Of a stretch of 64,000 bases of DNA, positions 54,634 to 64,000 are shown one piece after another. Below the pieces are notes generated by a model. It made no database searches, had not been told where the DNA came from, and saw only the letters and a list, made by a program, of their open reading frames with translations. This stretch comes from an uncultured Bacillales bacterium (lineage in GTDB: Bacteria > Bacillota_I > Bacilli_A > RFN20 > CAG-449): NCBI GenBank assembly GCA_945929875.1, contig CAMEOO010000001.1:73765-137764 (forward strand), in the 5' to 3' direction. Within the stretch, counting starts at the first letter, position 1, and every line of letters begins with the position of its first letter. A program made the translations under genes and the position numbers.

Positions 54634-57222
54634 CTATTTAATTTTATTTTTCTTTTCGATGTAGACATTTAATTCATTTTGATAGCCTTGCATCTTTTCT
54701 TTTTCTTGATTAATTTTAAATTCTGGAGCCTTGGAAATAAATTGAGGGTTAGAAAGCATTTTTTGACATCTTTCCACTTCCTTAGTCAATCTATTAATTT
54801 CTTTTTCGATCTTTAATAGTAATTCTTTTTTATCGATATTATCTTCAATTAATAAATTAGCAAATTTAAATACTTTGATATTTCCTTCTCCTAATGAAGA
54901 GATATTAATTTCACTAGCGAAAGTAAATCTCTTTAAATAAGGTAGATATTTATTTAAATCAAGATTAGAAGTAGGGATTAAAGTTAATTTAATTTCTGCA
55001 TTAGGGGCTAAAGAATTATCAACTTTATAAGATCTTACTTCTTTGATCATGTTAATTATATCTACAACGATTTCTTCACTTTCCTCAAAGATAAACTTTT
55101 CTTCTACTTCTGGATAAGTTTCTTTCATAATTGATTCTAAATGAGTAGGAAGATTTAAATAGATCTCTTCAGCGATAAATGGAGTGTAAGGATAAATCAT
55201 TAGAATAATATCTTTTAACACTTTTAAAAGTACACTTAAAGTATTGTGTCTAACTTTTTCATCTTCTCCATTAAGTTTAATTTTACAAAGTTCAACATAC
55301 CACGAAGTAAAATCATCATATACGAAATTATATAAGTGAGTTGACGCATTAGCGAAATCGTATTTTTCCATATTGAGAGTTACTTTAGAAATAGTTTTTT
55401 CAAGTTTTGTTAAGATAAATTTATCAATATCATCTAATAAGTTTTCATCTATTTCAAAATTTTCTTCACCATCTTTAATATTTAATAAGATGAATCTAGA
55501 AGCATTCCAAATCTTATTTAAGTAGTTAGAAGAGCTTTGAACTTTTTCTTCGATGTAACGAGTATCTAGTCCTGGAGAAGTTGATGTAGTTAAGAAATAT
55601 CTTAATGCGTCGACTCCATATTGATCGATTACATCGATTGGATCAACTCCATTACCACTTGATTTAGACATCTTTTTACCATTAGCATCTCGAATTAATC
55701 CATGGATTAAGACTTTATCAAAAGGTCGTTTAGAAGTAAATTCAACGCCTTGGAAAATCATTCTACTGACCCAGAAGAAGATAATATCGTAAGCTGTTAC
55801 CATGATATCGAGAGGATAATACCTTTCTAAATCTTCAGTTTTATTTGGCCAACCTAAAGTGGAGAATGGCCAAAGAGCACTGGAAAACCACGTATCTAAC
55901 ACATCTTCATCTTGAGTGTAATTTTCCATGTCTTTTGGAGGTACTTCGCTAACTAAAACTTCACCAGTTTCTTTTGAGTAGTAAGCTGGAATTCGATGTC
56001 CCCACCAGAGTTGTCTAGAAATGCACCAATCTTCACAATTTGTCATCCAATTGGTAAAAATCTTATTAAATCTTTCAGGGATAAATTCTATTTTTTCATC
56101 GCTATTTTGTAAATCTAAACTAGCTTTAGCAAGTGGTTCCATTCTAACAAACCATTGTTTAGAAAGCATTGGTTCAACTACTGCGTGACTTCTTTCGCTG
56201 TGTCCTACTTGATGAATTATATCTTCAATTTTTATCAAGCAACCATTATTTTTGATATCTTCCACAAGGTTGTCTCTACAAGTATAGCGATCTTGTCCTT
56301 CATATTTTCCACATAAAGAATTCATAGTTGCATCATCATTCATACAGATTGGATGAGGAAAACCATATTTTTGACCAATTTTAAAATCGTTAGGATCATG
56401 CGCAGGTGTACATTTCATTGCACCAGTTCCAAATTCGACATCGACATAGCTATCGGCGATAACAGGAAGAAGTTCCCCATTAGCGGGATTTACTACTTTC
56501 TTTCCAACGACATCTTTATATCTTTCATCCTTTGGATTAACAACTACGCATACATCGCCAAACATAGTTTCAGGTCTAGTAGTTGCAACGGTTAAATATT
56601 CATCAGTTCCTTCGATAAAGTATTTGAAATAATACATTTTTCCAGGATCATCTTGATAGACGACTTCGATGTTGCTTAAGGCAGTCTTAAAGACTGGATC
56701 CCAGTTGATGATTCTTTCTCCTCGATAAATAAGTCCTTTATTATATAAAGAAACAAATACTTTATTAACCGCTTTATTTAAGCCTTCATCAAGAGTAAAT
56801 CTCTCTCTAGAATAATCTAAAGATAGCCCCATCATCTTCCATTGATTATGGATGGTATCTGCATATTCTTTCTTCCAATTCCACGCTTGCTCTAAGAATT
56901 TTTCTCTTCCTAAATCATAACGAGAAATGCCTTCTTTTCTAAGTCTTTCTTCAACTTTTGCTTGAGTAGCAATTCCTGCGTGATCCATGCCTGGAAGCCA
57001 AAGGACATCAAAACCTTTCATCCTTTTATATCTAGCGATGATATCTTGAACAGTCGTATTCCAAGAATGGCCAATATGTAATTTCCCAGTTACATTTGGT
57101 GGAGGTATAACCATCGAGAATTTTGGTTTAGACTTATCTCCCGCTTTAAAATAGTCTCTTTCTTTCCAAGTATCGTACTTACCTTTTTCGATATCTTTTG
57201 GATTATATCTTTTATCTAGCAT
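54634..57222 (-). CDS. valS: Valine--tRNA ligase
   Basis: 862 aa with PPPNVTGKLHIGH (HIGH), KMSKSSGN (KMSKS), an editing domain and a C-terminal coiled coil. Confidence 0.95.
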   Translation of the reverse strand: MLDKRYNPKDIEKGKYDTWKERDYFKAGDKSKPKFSMVIPPPNVTGKLHIGHSWNTTVQDIIARYKRMKGFDVLWLPGMDHAGIATQAKVEERLRKEGISRYDLGREKFLEQAWNWKKEYADTIHNQWKMMGLSLDYSRERFTLDEGLNKAVNKVFVSLYNKGLIYRGERIINWDPVFKTALSNIEVVYQDDPGKMYYFKYFIEGTDEYLTVATTRPETMFGDVCVVVNPKDERYKDVVGKKVVNPANGELLPVIADSYVDVEFGTGAMKCTPAHDPNDFKIGQKYGFPHPICMNDDATMNSLCGKYEGQDRYTCRDNLVEDIKNNGCLIKIEDIIHQVGHSERSHAVVEPMLSKQWFVRMEPLAKASLDLQNSDEKIEFIPERFNKIFTNWMTNCEDWCISRQLWWGHRIPAYYSKETGEVLVSEVPPKDMENYTQDEDVLDTWFSSALWPFSTLGWPNKTEDLERYYPLDIMVTAYDIIFFWVSRMIFQGVEFTSKRPFDKVLIHGLIRDANGKKMSKSSGNGVDPIDVIDQYGVDALRYFLTTSTSPGLDTRYIEEKVQSSSNYLNKIWNASRFILLNIKDGEENFEIDENLLDDIDKFILTKLEKTISKVTLNMEKYDFANASTHLYNFVYDDFTSWYVELCKIKLNGEDEKVRHNTLSVLLKVLKDIILMIYPYTPFIAEEIYLNLPTHLESIMKETYPEVEEKFIFEESEEIVVDIINMIKEVRSYKVDNSLAPNAEIKLTLIPTSNLDLNKYLPYLKRFTFASEINISSLGEGNIKVFKFANLLIEDNIDKKELLLKIEKEINRLTKEVERCQKMLSNPQFISKAPEFKINQEKEKMQGYQNELNVYIEKKNKIK

Positions 57223-57236
57223 ATCTTTCTCCTTTC

Positions 57237-57457
57237 AAAAAAAAATCCTAATAGTCTAAACTATTAGGACGAATAACCGTGGTGCCACCTAGATTCAGAT
57301 TAATAATATATTAATCCCTCTAAATTATCTTAACGCGATAAACGGAAACATTACTTTCATACTCATAAGCGACTAGATTTACTTTTATTTGCCTTACTTT
57401 CACCTATCTAAGGCTCTCTAATTAATAAAAATGTAAATCACTTCTTAATCAACGTAT
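57237..57457 (-). promoter_or_regulatory. T-box riboswitch leader of valS (Val specifier)
   Basis: Minus-strand elements, 5' to 3': AGAGAG and GGUGAAAG (stem I base / K-turn region); candidate specifier GUA followed by A (57380-57382); the T-box sequence AAUCUAGGUGGCACCACGG (57277-57295); then the terminator UCCUAAUAGU-UUAG-ACUAUUAGGA (57246-57269) plus nine U. Confidence 0.85.
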
Positions 57458-57463
57458 GTCTAT

Positions 57464-57491
57464 ATTTTACTTTTTTTACTCATTAAGTCAA
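57464..57491 (-). promoter_or_regulatory. Sigma-A-type promoter of the valS T-box leader
   Basis: Minus strand: TTGACT (57486-57491), 16-nt spacer, TAAAAT (57464-57469). Confidence 0.6.
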
Positions 57492-57578
57492 TATTTTAGT
57501 AAAAAATAGTAAAAATAGAATCATTATTTTTTCTTCTAAATATTTTATTAAGGAATATAGTTTAATAGGTGAAATTAA

Positions 57579-57767
57579 ATGAAAAAATACATTTTAATGA
57601 TTAAAGAAAAATTACCTATTTTTCAAAAAAGGCTTGTTGCTTCTTTGCCATTTATCTTAGTCTATCAAGCAATTTTATTTATAATAAGCCCAATTAAACT
57701 AAACCAAATCCTATTAGTTATACTAATTGTAATTTTTACTCTTCTCCAGTTTGCTTCAAAAGACTAG
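57579..57767 (+). CDS. Small two-TM membrane protein, unknown function
   Basis: 62 aa with SD AGGTGA 6 nt upstream. Helices LVASLPFILVYQAILFIISPI and ILLVILIVIFTLLQF. Its 3' end overlaps the ysxE-like 3' end by 32 nt. Confidence 0.45.
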   Translation: MKKYILMIKEKLPIFQKRLVASLPFILVYQAILFIISPIKLNQILLVILIVIFTLLQFASKD

Positions 57768-58659
57768 ATTTAATTTTTTCCACTAATTTTAGATAATTGA
57801 TCGATAGATAAATATCTTCAATATCATTAAAATCAGAGATTTGTTTAGTCACTTTTGGTATATATAATAATGATAGCAGCCAATATTTTTGATATAAATT
57901 ATATTGATAAATACCAAAATAATTATTTAATAATACAGAAATATCGATTTTTTCATTATAATTTTTTTCAATAAAGTCCACTAGATCATAAACTGGAGGG
58001 GCAATATTCATCTTTTCAAGAGAGATTATTTTCTCCTCTTTTATTATAATGTGATCTAAAGAAAAGTTTTGATAAGTTAATGTAAGTTCTACGCTATTGA
58101 GCTTTTCAAATTCTTCATTTAATAAATCCAAATATTTTTGACTTTCATTTAAAGCGTTATTAAATATTTGATAGCAGGAAATAAAATACCAAGAACTAGG
58201 GCTATGATATTCTTGATGTTCGATGTTATACATCCTTAATTCAATTTCTTCTCTTATTTTAATTATTTTATTTTCAATATAATTTAACGATTCGATAAAG
58301 TATCCATCATTAACTTTTAATGGGTAGGAGGAATTTAAATGAAGATGACCCAGTGCTTTTAAATAAAAAGACATTCTTACCTCATTTAATGAAAGATTTT
58401 CATCTTTGTAGAAATAAGACAAAATATAGTATTCATGATTAATCTCTTCCACGTAGCGGTCATTGATGCTTTTAAGAGGCAAAGAAAAATAATTGAGTTT
58501 AGTCATCTGGAGCCTAATATAAATATTTTCCTTATTTAAAGAATCAACTTTTTTTAATATAAAATAACTTTCTGGAGTAATTACTTTAAAGATTTTTTCA
58601 TTAATTTCAACAATATTAATTACCTTTATTTGATAAAGATAAGCTAGTTTATTTTTCAT
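57736..58659 (-). CDS. ysxE: CotS/YsxE-family spore-coat kinase-like protein
   Basis: 307 aa with a phosphotransferase-like layout (FILKKV..., HLHLNS, YQNFSLDHIIIKE). It lies directly downstream of, and overlaps by 4 nt, the spoVID-like gene, as in the B. subtilis spoVID-ysxE operon near valS. Confidence 0.5.
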   Translation of the reverse strand: MKNKLAYLYQIKVINIVEINEKIFKVITPESYFILKKVDSLNKENIYIRLQMTKLNYFSLPLKSINDRYVEEINHEYYILSYFYKDENLSLNEVRMSFYLKALGHLHLNSSYPLKVNDGYFIESLNYIENKIIKIREEIELRMYNIEHQEYHSPSSWYFISCYQIFNNALNESQKYLDLLNEEFEKLNSVELTLTYQNFSLDHIIIKEEKIISLEKMNIAPPVYDLVDFIEKNYNEKIDISVLLNNYFGIYQYNLYQKYWLLSLLYIPKVTKQISDFNDIEDIYLSINYLKLVEKIKSSLLKQTGEE

Positions 58660-59420
58660 TTTCTTCTAAATTTTAATAATGTATTCTCTGGATATTCTTT
58701 TTGTTTATTATATTTTAAAAATTCATCCATTGAAACTTGTAGTTTTAAAAGGATATCAGTTAGTTTTTCATTTTTTCCAACTTTATAATAAAAGTATGAA
58801 GATACGTAATTATCTTGAAGGATACTTTCCTTTTTTCCTTCTATACTATCTTCTTTTATGGGTTCACTCTTAATAACTATTTCATCATCTTCATCTTCCT
58901 TAAGTTCATAAGGTCGAGGCACTTGAATATTTTCTTCTTCATTATTTACTTTTTCCAGATTATTTAAATCTATATTGATATGGTCTATTTGATTTTTAAT
59001 TTCGCTATCAGGAAGAGTAGATATAATTTCTACATCCCTTTCTTTATTCCTTTTATAAGAAATAAAAGAAGATAATAAAGATTCTTTCAATGGATCAATT
59101 TTAAATTCTTCGCTTTCTCTTATTTTTTCTTTTACTTCAAGTTCCCCAGATATAGTTAATCTAGAACAAGTGATAAAATAATCTATTTTATTGATAGAAG
59201 CTTCGCATGAAGATATTTCTTCTTGATCGATCTCATTTTCAAAAGGAATTTCCAAAGTTTTTACTTCTTCTTTTCCTTGAAAGAATAGTTTTACATCACA
59301 TTCTATTTGGCATTTTATCGTCTTATTTAATAATTCTACGCAAGACACTTTTGACTTAATAATTTCACATTGATCAATTTTTTGATCAAAAGGAAAGTCT
59401 TTATAAAACTCTTTTTTCAT
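58656..59420 (-). CDS. spoVID: Compact SpoVID-like spore-coat morphogenetic protein (N-domain, acidic linker, C-terminal LysM)
   Basis: 254 aa with an N-terminal beta-rich domain, an E/D-rich middle and the C-terminal YYKVGKNEKLTDILLKLQVSMDEFLKYNK...LL matching the LysM pattern (Y-V--GDTL--IA--Y-V----L---N). Synteny with ysxE, valS and engB. Confidence 0.5.
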   Translation of the reverse strand: MKKEFYKDFPFDQKIDQCEIIKSKVSCVELLNKTIKCQIECDVKLFFQGKEEVKTLEIPFENEIDQEEISSCEASINKIDYFITCSRLTISGELEVKEKIRESEEFKIDPLKESLLSSFISYKRNKERDVEIISTLPDSEIKNQIDHINIDLNNLEKVNNEEENIQVPRPYELKEDEDDEIVIKSEPIKEDSIEGKKESILQDNYVSSYFYYKVGKNEKLTDILLKLQVSMDEFLKYNKQKEYPENTLLKFRRK

Positions 59421-59466
59421 ATTTTCACCTATTTTACTTTATGAAAAAATAAATAAAAATAGTATT

Positions 59467-59493
59467 AAAAAAGAGATGAAATTATCTCATCTC
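59467..59493 (-). terminator. Rho-independent terminator after engB
   Basis: Minus-strand stem GAGAUGA / UCAUCUC (59473-59479 / 59487-59493) with a 7-nt loop, followed by six U. Confidence 0.7.
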
Positions 59494-59501
59494 AAATTGT
59501 T

Positions 59502-60089
59502 TTATTTAATATACATACTAATTTTTTGCCTTAATTCATCGATATTTTTCTTATTTAACGATGAAGTAAAGATGTATTCAAATCCACTCAAAGAAGTTTT
59601 TGCAATCTTAGTTATCTTAGCTTTTTCTGATTGATTTAGTTTATCAGCTTTAGTAAATACCACGATTGAAGGAACATTCAATTTAGTAAGTAAATCGTAA
59701 AAATCTAAGTCTTCTTCTGATAATTCTCTTCTTGAATCTAAAAGCCAAACTACAAGTTTTAAACTTTCATTATTAGAAAAGTAAGAATCCATCATCAAAT
59801 CAAAATCATCTTTTTTTCCTAGTTTTCTATATCCATATCCTGGAGCGTCAACTAGATAAAACTTGTTGTCGACAAGGAAATAATTTAATAGCTTTGTTTG
59901 ACCTGGCCTTTTACTTACAAAGGCTAAAGATTTATTGTCGGCAATCAGATTAATTAATGTAGATTTACCAACATTACTTCTTCCAATAAAGATGACGTTA
60001 TCTAAATCAAGTAATGCATCGTTTTTATTAGTTGATGACTTAATAAATTTAATATTTCGAAAATTTATCATACTATTTTTCAAAGGCAA
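59502..60089 (-). CDS. engB: Ribosome biogenesis GTPase EngB (YsxC/YihA)
   Basis: 195 aa with GRSNVGKSTLIN, DAPGYGY and TKADK. It overlaps the lon 3' end by 17 nt. Confidence 0.92.
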   Translation of the reverse strand: MPLKNSMINFRNIKFIKSSTNKNDALLDLDNVIFIGRSNVGKSTLINLIADNKSLAFVSKRPGQTKLLNYFLVDNKFYLVDAPGYGYRKLGKKDDFDLMMDSYFSNNESLKLVVWLLDSRRELSEEDLDFYDLLTKLNVPSIVVFTKADKLNQSEKAKITKIAKTSLSGFEYIFTSSLNKKNIDELRQKISMYIK

Positions 60090-62406
60090 CTTCTAAAGCG
60101 TCGTCGACATTATCCATTAAGATAATCTCAAGTTTAGCTTTGACTTCATGAGGCAAATCCGCAAGATCTTTTTGATTGTCTCTTGGAATGATAATCGTCT
60201 TTAATCCTGAACGTAAAGCGGCTAAAGATTTCTCTTTTAATCCACCGATAGGAAGAGCTTGTCCTCTTAAGTTTACTTCGCCAGTCATAGCGACATTAGC
60301 TTTAACTTTAGTGTTAGTTAATGAAGAGATAACACAAGTAGTTAAGGCGATACCCGCACTTGGTCCATCTTTAGGAACAGCTCCTTCAGGAACGTGAATA
60401 TGAATGCCGTGATTTTCAAAGAATTTAGGATCAATTCCATATTTTTTCGCATTAGCTTTAACATAGTCGATAGCAATCGTTGCGCTTTCTTTCATGACGT
60501 TACCAAGATTACCAGTGATGACTAGTTCACCTTTCCCTTCAAAGTAATTAACTTCAATTGGAAGGATATCTCCGCCAAATTCGGTGTAAGCAAGTCCGGT
60601 TACTACACCTACTTGACTTTGTTTTTCCTTTTTAGAATATTCATATTTATATGTTCCAAGATATTCTTTAACTTTATCTACGTCGATAGAAATATGTTCT
60701 AAATTAGGATTTCTAATAAATTCAACTACCGCTTTACGGCAAATTGAAGAAATTTGTCTTTCGAGTTCTCTTACTCCCGCTTCACGAGTGTAATAGTCGA
60801 TGATAAATTGAATAGATTCATCGCTAAAGGAAATTTGTCCTTCTTTTAATCCATTAGCTTTTTCTTGTTTATTAATTAAATGAGTTTTAGCAATATTCAT
60901 CTTCTCGATGTCGGTATATGAATTTAATTCAATTAATTCTAAACGATCTCTTAATGGCGCAGGAATATTTTGTAAATAGTTCGCGGTACAAATAAATAGC
61001 ACGTTGCTTAAATCGTAATTCTCCTCGATATAGTTATCTTGGAAGAATATATTTTGTTCTGGATCAAGAATTTCAAGTAAAGCACTTGAAGGATCTCCTT
61101 TATTTGAAGAAGCCATCTTATCGATTTCATCAAGAAGGAAGACCGGATTACAAACTCCAGCATTTTTAATTCCTTTGATGATCTTGCCAGGCATTGCCCC
61201 AACGTAAGTTCTTCGATGTCCTCTAAGTTCTGCTTCATCGTAAAGTCCACCTAAACTTGCCTTGACAAATTTTCTTCCAAGAGCTCTAGCTACTGATTTA
61301 GCTAAAGAGGTTTTTCCTACTCCTGGAGGTCCATATAAACAAATAATTGGAGCTTTTAATGAATTGGTCATTTGCTTAACAGCAAGATATTCAACGATTC
61401 TCTCTTTGACTTTTTCAAGACCATAGTGATCTTCATCAAGAACTTTGACGACATTTTCTAAAGAATTATTATCTTCAGTCTTTTTTGACCAAGGCAAATC
61501 GACTAGCCAATCGATGTAGGTTTTTGCCATACTTGCTTCTAAGGAAGCAGCAGGAAGAACTTTATATCTTTGGAACTCTTTCTTAATTTTCTTTTTGACT
61601 TCCTCTGGATACTCTTGCTCTTCTAATTTCTTGAGAATTTCTTGTTCTTCATCCTCTTCGCTTTCTCCGATGACTTCATTAAGTTCATCTTGAGTCGCTC
61701 TTAATTTTTCTCTTAAGATAAATTCTCTTTGTTGTTTATCGGTTTTATCTCTAACGCGTCTATTGATTGATTTTTCAATCTCATTTGCGTTTTTGATTTC
61801 CTCTAAAGTATCTAGAATAAATTCTAAACGATTAATTACATCGACTTCTTCAAGTAGCTTTTCTTTATCTTGGAAAGTAAATGGGAAGAATTGACTTAAT
61901 TGATTAGTTAAATCTTCCGCAGAAATTCCTTTTTGAAGGCGATTAATTAATGTAGGTGGTAAGGTTGATGCTGAAAACTTTGAAATCATATTGATAATTT
62001 GATCAATTAATGATTCTTCAAGTTTTGGATCAGAGACCACGACTGATTCAACAACGTCAAAATCAGCTTTTAAATAATCTTTGTCGTCTTTTAAAGTTAA
62101 GTCGACATTTTTTAATTTTACTCTTGCGATAGAAGCAACTTTGATTTTATATAGACTTTTTTGTTCTCTAACAGAAGTAATTGTACATAAAGAGCCATAT
62201 GAATAGATTGAATCATTACTAATTACATCTAGACTTGGATCTTTTTGACTAACGATAATAATCTTACCATCAAAATCGCTTAAAGCTGAAGAAACAGCAT
62301 TGATAGAAAATACTCTTCCTACATCAAGTTGTTCATTGCAGCCTGGAAAAACTATAATCCCCCTTGTAATAAGTAAAGGAATTAATTGATTATTTTCTTT
62401 ACTCAT
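60073..62406 (-). CDS. lon: ATP-dependent protease Lon (LonA)
   Basis: 777 aa with an N-terminal LON domain, GPPGVGKTSLA, the catalytic PKDGPSAGIAL and IGGLKEK. Confidence 0.95.
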   Translation of the reverse strand: MSKENNQLIPLLITRGIIVFPGCNEQLDVGRVFSINAVSSALSDFDGKIIIVSQKDPSLDVISNDSIYSYGSLCTITSVREQKSLYKIKVASIARVKLKNVDLTLKDDKDYLKADFDVVESVVVSDPKLEESLIDQIINMISKFSASTLPPTLINRLQKGISAEDLTNQLSQFFPFTFQDKEKLLEEVDVINRLEFILDTLEEIKNANEIEKSINRRVRDKTDKQQREFILREKLRATQDELNEVIGESEEDEEQEILKKLEEQEYPEEVKKKIKKEFQRYKVLPAASLEASMAKTYIDWLVDLPWSKKTEDNNSLENVVKVLDEDHYGLEKVKERIVEYLAVKQMTNSLKAPIICLYGPPGVGKTSLAKSVARALGRKFVKASLGGLYDEAELRGHRRTYVGAMPGKIIKGIKNAGVCNPVFLLDEIDKMASSNKGDPSSALLEILDPEQNIFFQDNYIEENYDLSNVLFICTANYLQNIPAPLRDRLELIELNSYTDIEKMNIAKTHLINKQEKANGLKEGQISFSDESIQFIIDYYTREAGVRELERQISSICRKAVVEFIRNPNLEHISIDVDKVKEYLGTYKYEYSKKEKQSQVGVVTGLAYTEFGGDILPIEVNYFEGKGELVITGNLGNVMKESATIAIDYVKANAKKYGIDPKFFENHGIHIHVPEGAVPKDGPSAGIALTTCVISSLTNTKVKANVAMTGEVNLRGQALPIGGLKEKSLAALRSGLKTIIIPRDNQKDLADLPHEVKAKLEIILMDNVDDALEVAFEK

Positions 62407-62465
62407 AAATCTACCTCCTCTTATTTCTAATTTGGTAGAAAAGATTTACTTTTTCTCCAAATAAA

Positions 62466-63737
62466 TTAATTGTGTGCAAGCATAAATTCTGTAAAGACTT
62501 TATTAGATAATTGTCTTAAAAATTCATTTTTGTTTGGTTCTAATGCTTTCTTTACATCTTCTAAAGTCATCTTGTATTGATCAGCGATACTTTGATATTG
62601 AGCATCGAGCATTTGTTGAGTAACGCCTAAACCTTCGCTAAGCATAATCTTGTTTACAACTAATGAAGCTTTGATATTCTTTAAAGCTTCAGCTTTACGT
62701 TGTTCTTCTAAAGCTTTTTCATCTCCGCCGTTAATTGAAACGTAATCTTGATATGTTAAGCCATTCTCTTTCATTTGTTTTAACATTTGATCAAGCATAG
62801 CGTTTGCTTCTTCTTCAACGATTGCATTTGGAACTACTACTGTCGCGTTATTAATCGCGGTACTAATGATTTCATCAAGTTGAGCGTTTTTATTTTCTTG
62901 TTCTTTTCTCTTAGAGATTTGTTCTTTGCAATATGCTTTTAATGTCTCTTCATCAGTAACTCCTTCTAAACCTAATTCTTCGATAAATTCCTTAGTTAGT
63001 TTTGGAGTAACTTTTTCTTTAACATCAGAGCAAGTAACGTCAAATGTAGCAGGTTTTCCTTTTAACTTTTCAACATAATTTTCTGGGAAAGTTAAATCGA
63101 TTGAACGTTTTTCTCCAGCTTTGATACCAACTAGAGCATCTTCAAATCCTGGGATGAATGAGTTTGAACCAAGTTCAAGTTCATAACCTTTTGCGTCTCC
63201 TCCTTCAAATGGAGTGCCATCGACGTATCCGACAAAGTCGATGATGACATAGTCGCCAAGTTTAGCTTCTCCGTCTTTAACTTGCATAACTGCATGTTGT
63301 GCTTTTAAATTGTCAATATAAGCTTTGACATCTTTTTCAAGAACTCTTACCGCTTTAGCTTTGATACCTAATTCTTTGTATTGGCCTAAAGTTACTTCTG
63401 GAGCAAGAGCGAAAGTTACAGTTGCTTCAAATCCTTCTTCAGAGATCTTAGATACTTCTAATTTTGGTTGAGTGTAAACATTTAATTTTTCTTCGTTTAC
63501 TGTTGTAGCAAAGCCATCGTTGACGGCATTAAATAAAGCTTCATTTAAAACTTGAGCCATATTTACTCTAGCTTTTACCATATCTGCAGGTACATGTCCT
63601 GGTCTAAAACCTTTAACAGTTACTTTTGAAGCTGCTTTATTAAATTCTTTTTTAGTATATTTTTTCCATTCGTCGCCATTACAAGCTATTGATACGACGA
63701 CTTCTAAATTTTCTTTTCTTTCTACTTTCTTTTCCAT
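62466..63737 (-). CDS. tig: Trigger factor
   Basis: 423 aa with the ribosome-binding signature VKGFRPGHVP, a central FKBP PPIase (DFVGYVDGTPFEGG) and a C-terminal arm domain. Confidence 0.93.
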   Translation of the reverse strand: MEKKVERKENLEVVVSIACNGDEWKKYTKKEFNKAASKVTVKGFRPGHVPADMVKARVNMAQVLNEALFNAVNDGFATTVNEEKLNVYTQPKLEVSKISEEGFEATVTFALAPEVTLGQYKELGIKAKAVRVLEKDVKAYIDNLKAQHAVMQVKDGEAKLGDYVIIDFVGYVDGTPFEGGDAKGYELELGSNSFIPGFEDALVGIKAGEKRSIDLTFPENYVEKLKGKPATFDVTCSDVKEKVTPKLTKEFIEELGLEGVTDEETLKAYCKEQISKRKEQENKNAQLDEIISTAINNATVVVPNAIVEEEANAMLDQMLKQMKENGLTYQDYVSINGGDEKALEEQRKAEALKNIKASLVVNKIMLSEGLGVTQQMLDAQYQSIADQYKMTLEDVKKALEPNKNEFLRQLSNKVFTEFMLAHN

Positions 63738-63818
63738 ATTGTATTTTTTCCTCCTAAATCTAAGTAGTCAACATTAAGATTATATCTTATCAAAATATTC
63801 TTTACAATAATATTTATA

Positions 63819-64000
63819 TTATTCACTAACAATTTTGGCTAGTTCATTGACGATTTCTTGACATTTTTCTTTACTTATTTGATGTTTTGAAGAAACTACG
63901 TCCAATGATGTTTCATTGAGAAGATATGTATTAGCTAAATGAATAAAAATATCCTTCATGAGGTCTAAAGAATCCATCGATACGTATGAATCTGGGAATT
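63819..64000 (-). CDS. 3' end (60 codons) of an unidentified gene running off the right edge
   Basis: Hand translation gives an open frame ...FPDSYVSMDSLDLMKDIFIHLANTYLLNETSLDVVSSKHQISKEKCQEIVNELAKIVSE* ending at TAA 63819-63821. No motif recognised. Confidence 0.35.
   Translation of the reverse strand, partial: FPDSYVSMDSLDLMKDIFIHLANTYLLNETSLDVVSSKHQISKEKCQEIVNELAKIVSE

Noticed and set aside
62407-62465. Terminator between tig and lon
   Set aside because: The only candidate pairing (GGAGAAAAAG ... CUUUUCUACC) has several mismatches. No clean stem plus U tract is present.
1-64000. Scan for tRNA or rRNA genes, CRISPR arrays, IS elements, integrases, prophage or toxin-antitoxin pairs
   Set aside because: I noticed no cloverleaf-like GC-rich 70-90-nt islands, no regularly spaced direct repeats, no transposase- or integrase-like ORFs and no long inverted repeats. 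The only repeated coding sequence is the lipoprotein pair.

Overview
This is a strongly AT-rich 64-kb stretch of core chromosome from an endospore-forming low-GC Bacillota (Firmicutes). About 60 genes are tightly packed and all but five are on the minus strand. There are no rRNA or tRNA genes, CRISPR arrays, transposases, integrases or long repeats.

Gene content, left to right:
- glgC (truncated at the window edge).
- Two orphan membrane proteins.
- A JetA-JetB-JetC (Wadjet / MksFEB-like) SMC operon with no JetD nuclease gene.
- plsC, a tail-less SSB-like OB-fold protein, pullulanase and ftsK.
- A permuted division/cell-wall (dcw) cluster. On the transcribed minus strand it runs PBP-murE-mraY-murD-ftsW-murG-murB-divIB-ftsA-ftsZ, then spoIIGA-sigE-miniSepF-membrane protein-sigG, then pheST-DUF177, and only then mraZ-rsmH-ftsL.
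- A block from 36 to 64 kb that is colinear with the B. subtilis region recJ-secDF-spoVB-yrbG-yrzE-ruvBA ... obg-rpmA-prp-rplU-spoIVFB/FA-minDC-radC ... valS-ysxE-spoVID-engB-lon-tig. Relative to that order it has deletions (no queA/tgt/yajC, no spo0B, no mreBCD), insertions (a tandem lipoprotein pair, an M16C protease) and an inverted radC.

The most unusual items are:
1. The nuclease-less Jet/Mks-like operon, whose JetD position is occupied by a 145-aa membrane protein.
2. A 58-aa peptide with a textbook double-glycine (LSxxELxxIxGG) leader, translationally coupled to radC.
3. A 77-aa minimal SepF embedded between sigE and sigG.
4. A lipoprotein paralogue killed by a single in-frame TAA.
5. 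A 30-codon hydrophobic micro-ORF coupled to ruvA.

All functional calls rest on motifs I recognise by eye, gene order and the supplied ORF track. No HMM or BLAST search was possible, so family assignments for divergent proteins (Jet proteins, MinC, FtsL, YsxE, SpoVID) are provisional. The taxonomic guess (Clostridia- or Erysipelotrichia-like sporeformer) is inference only.
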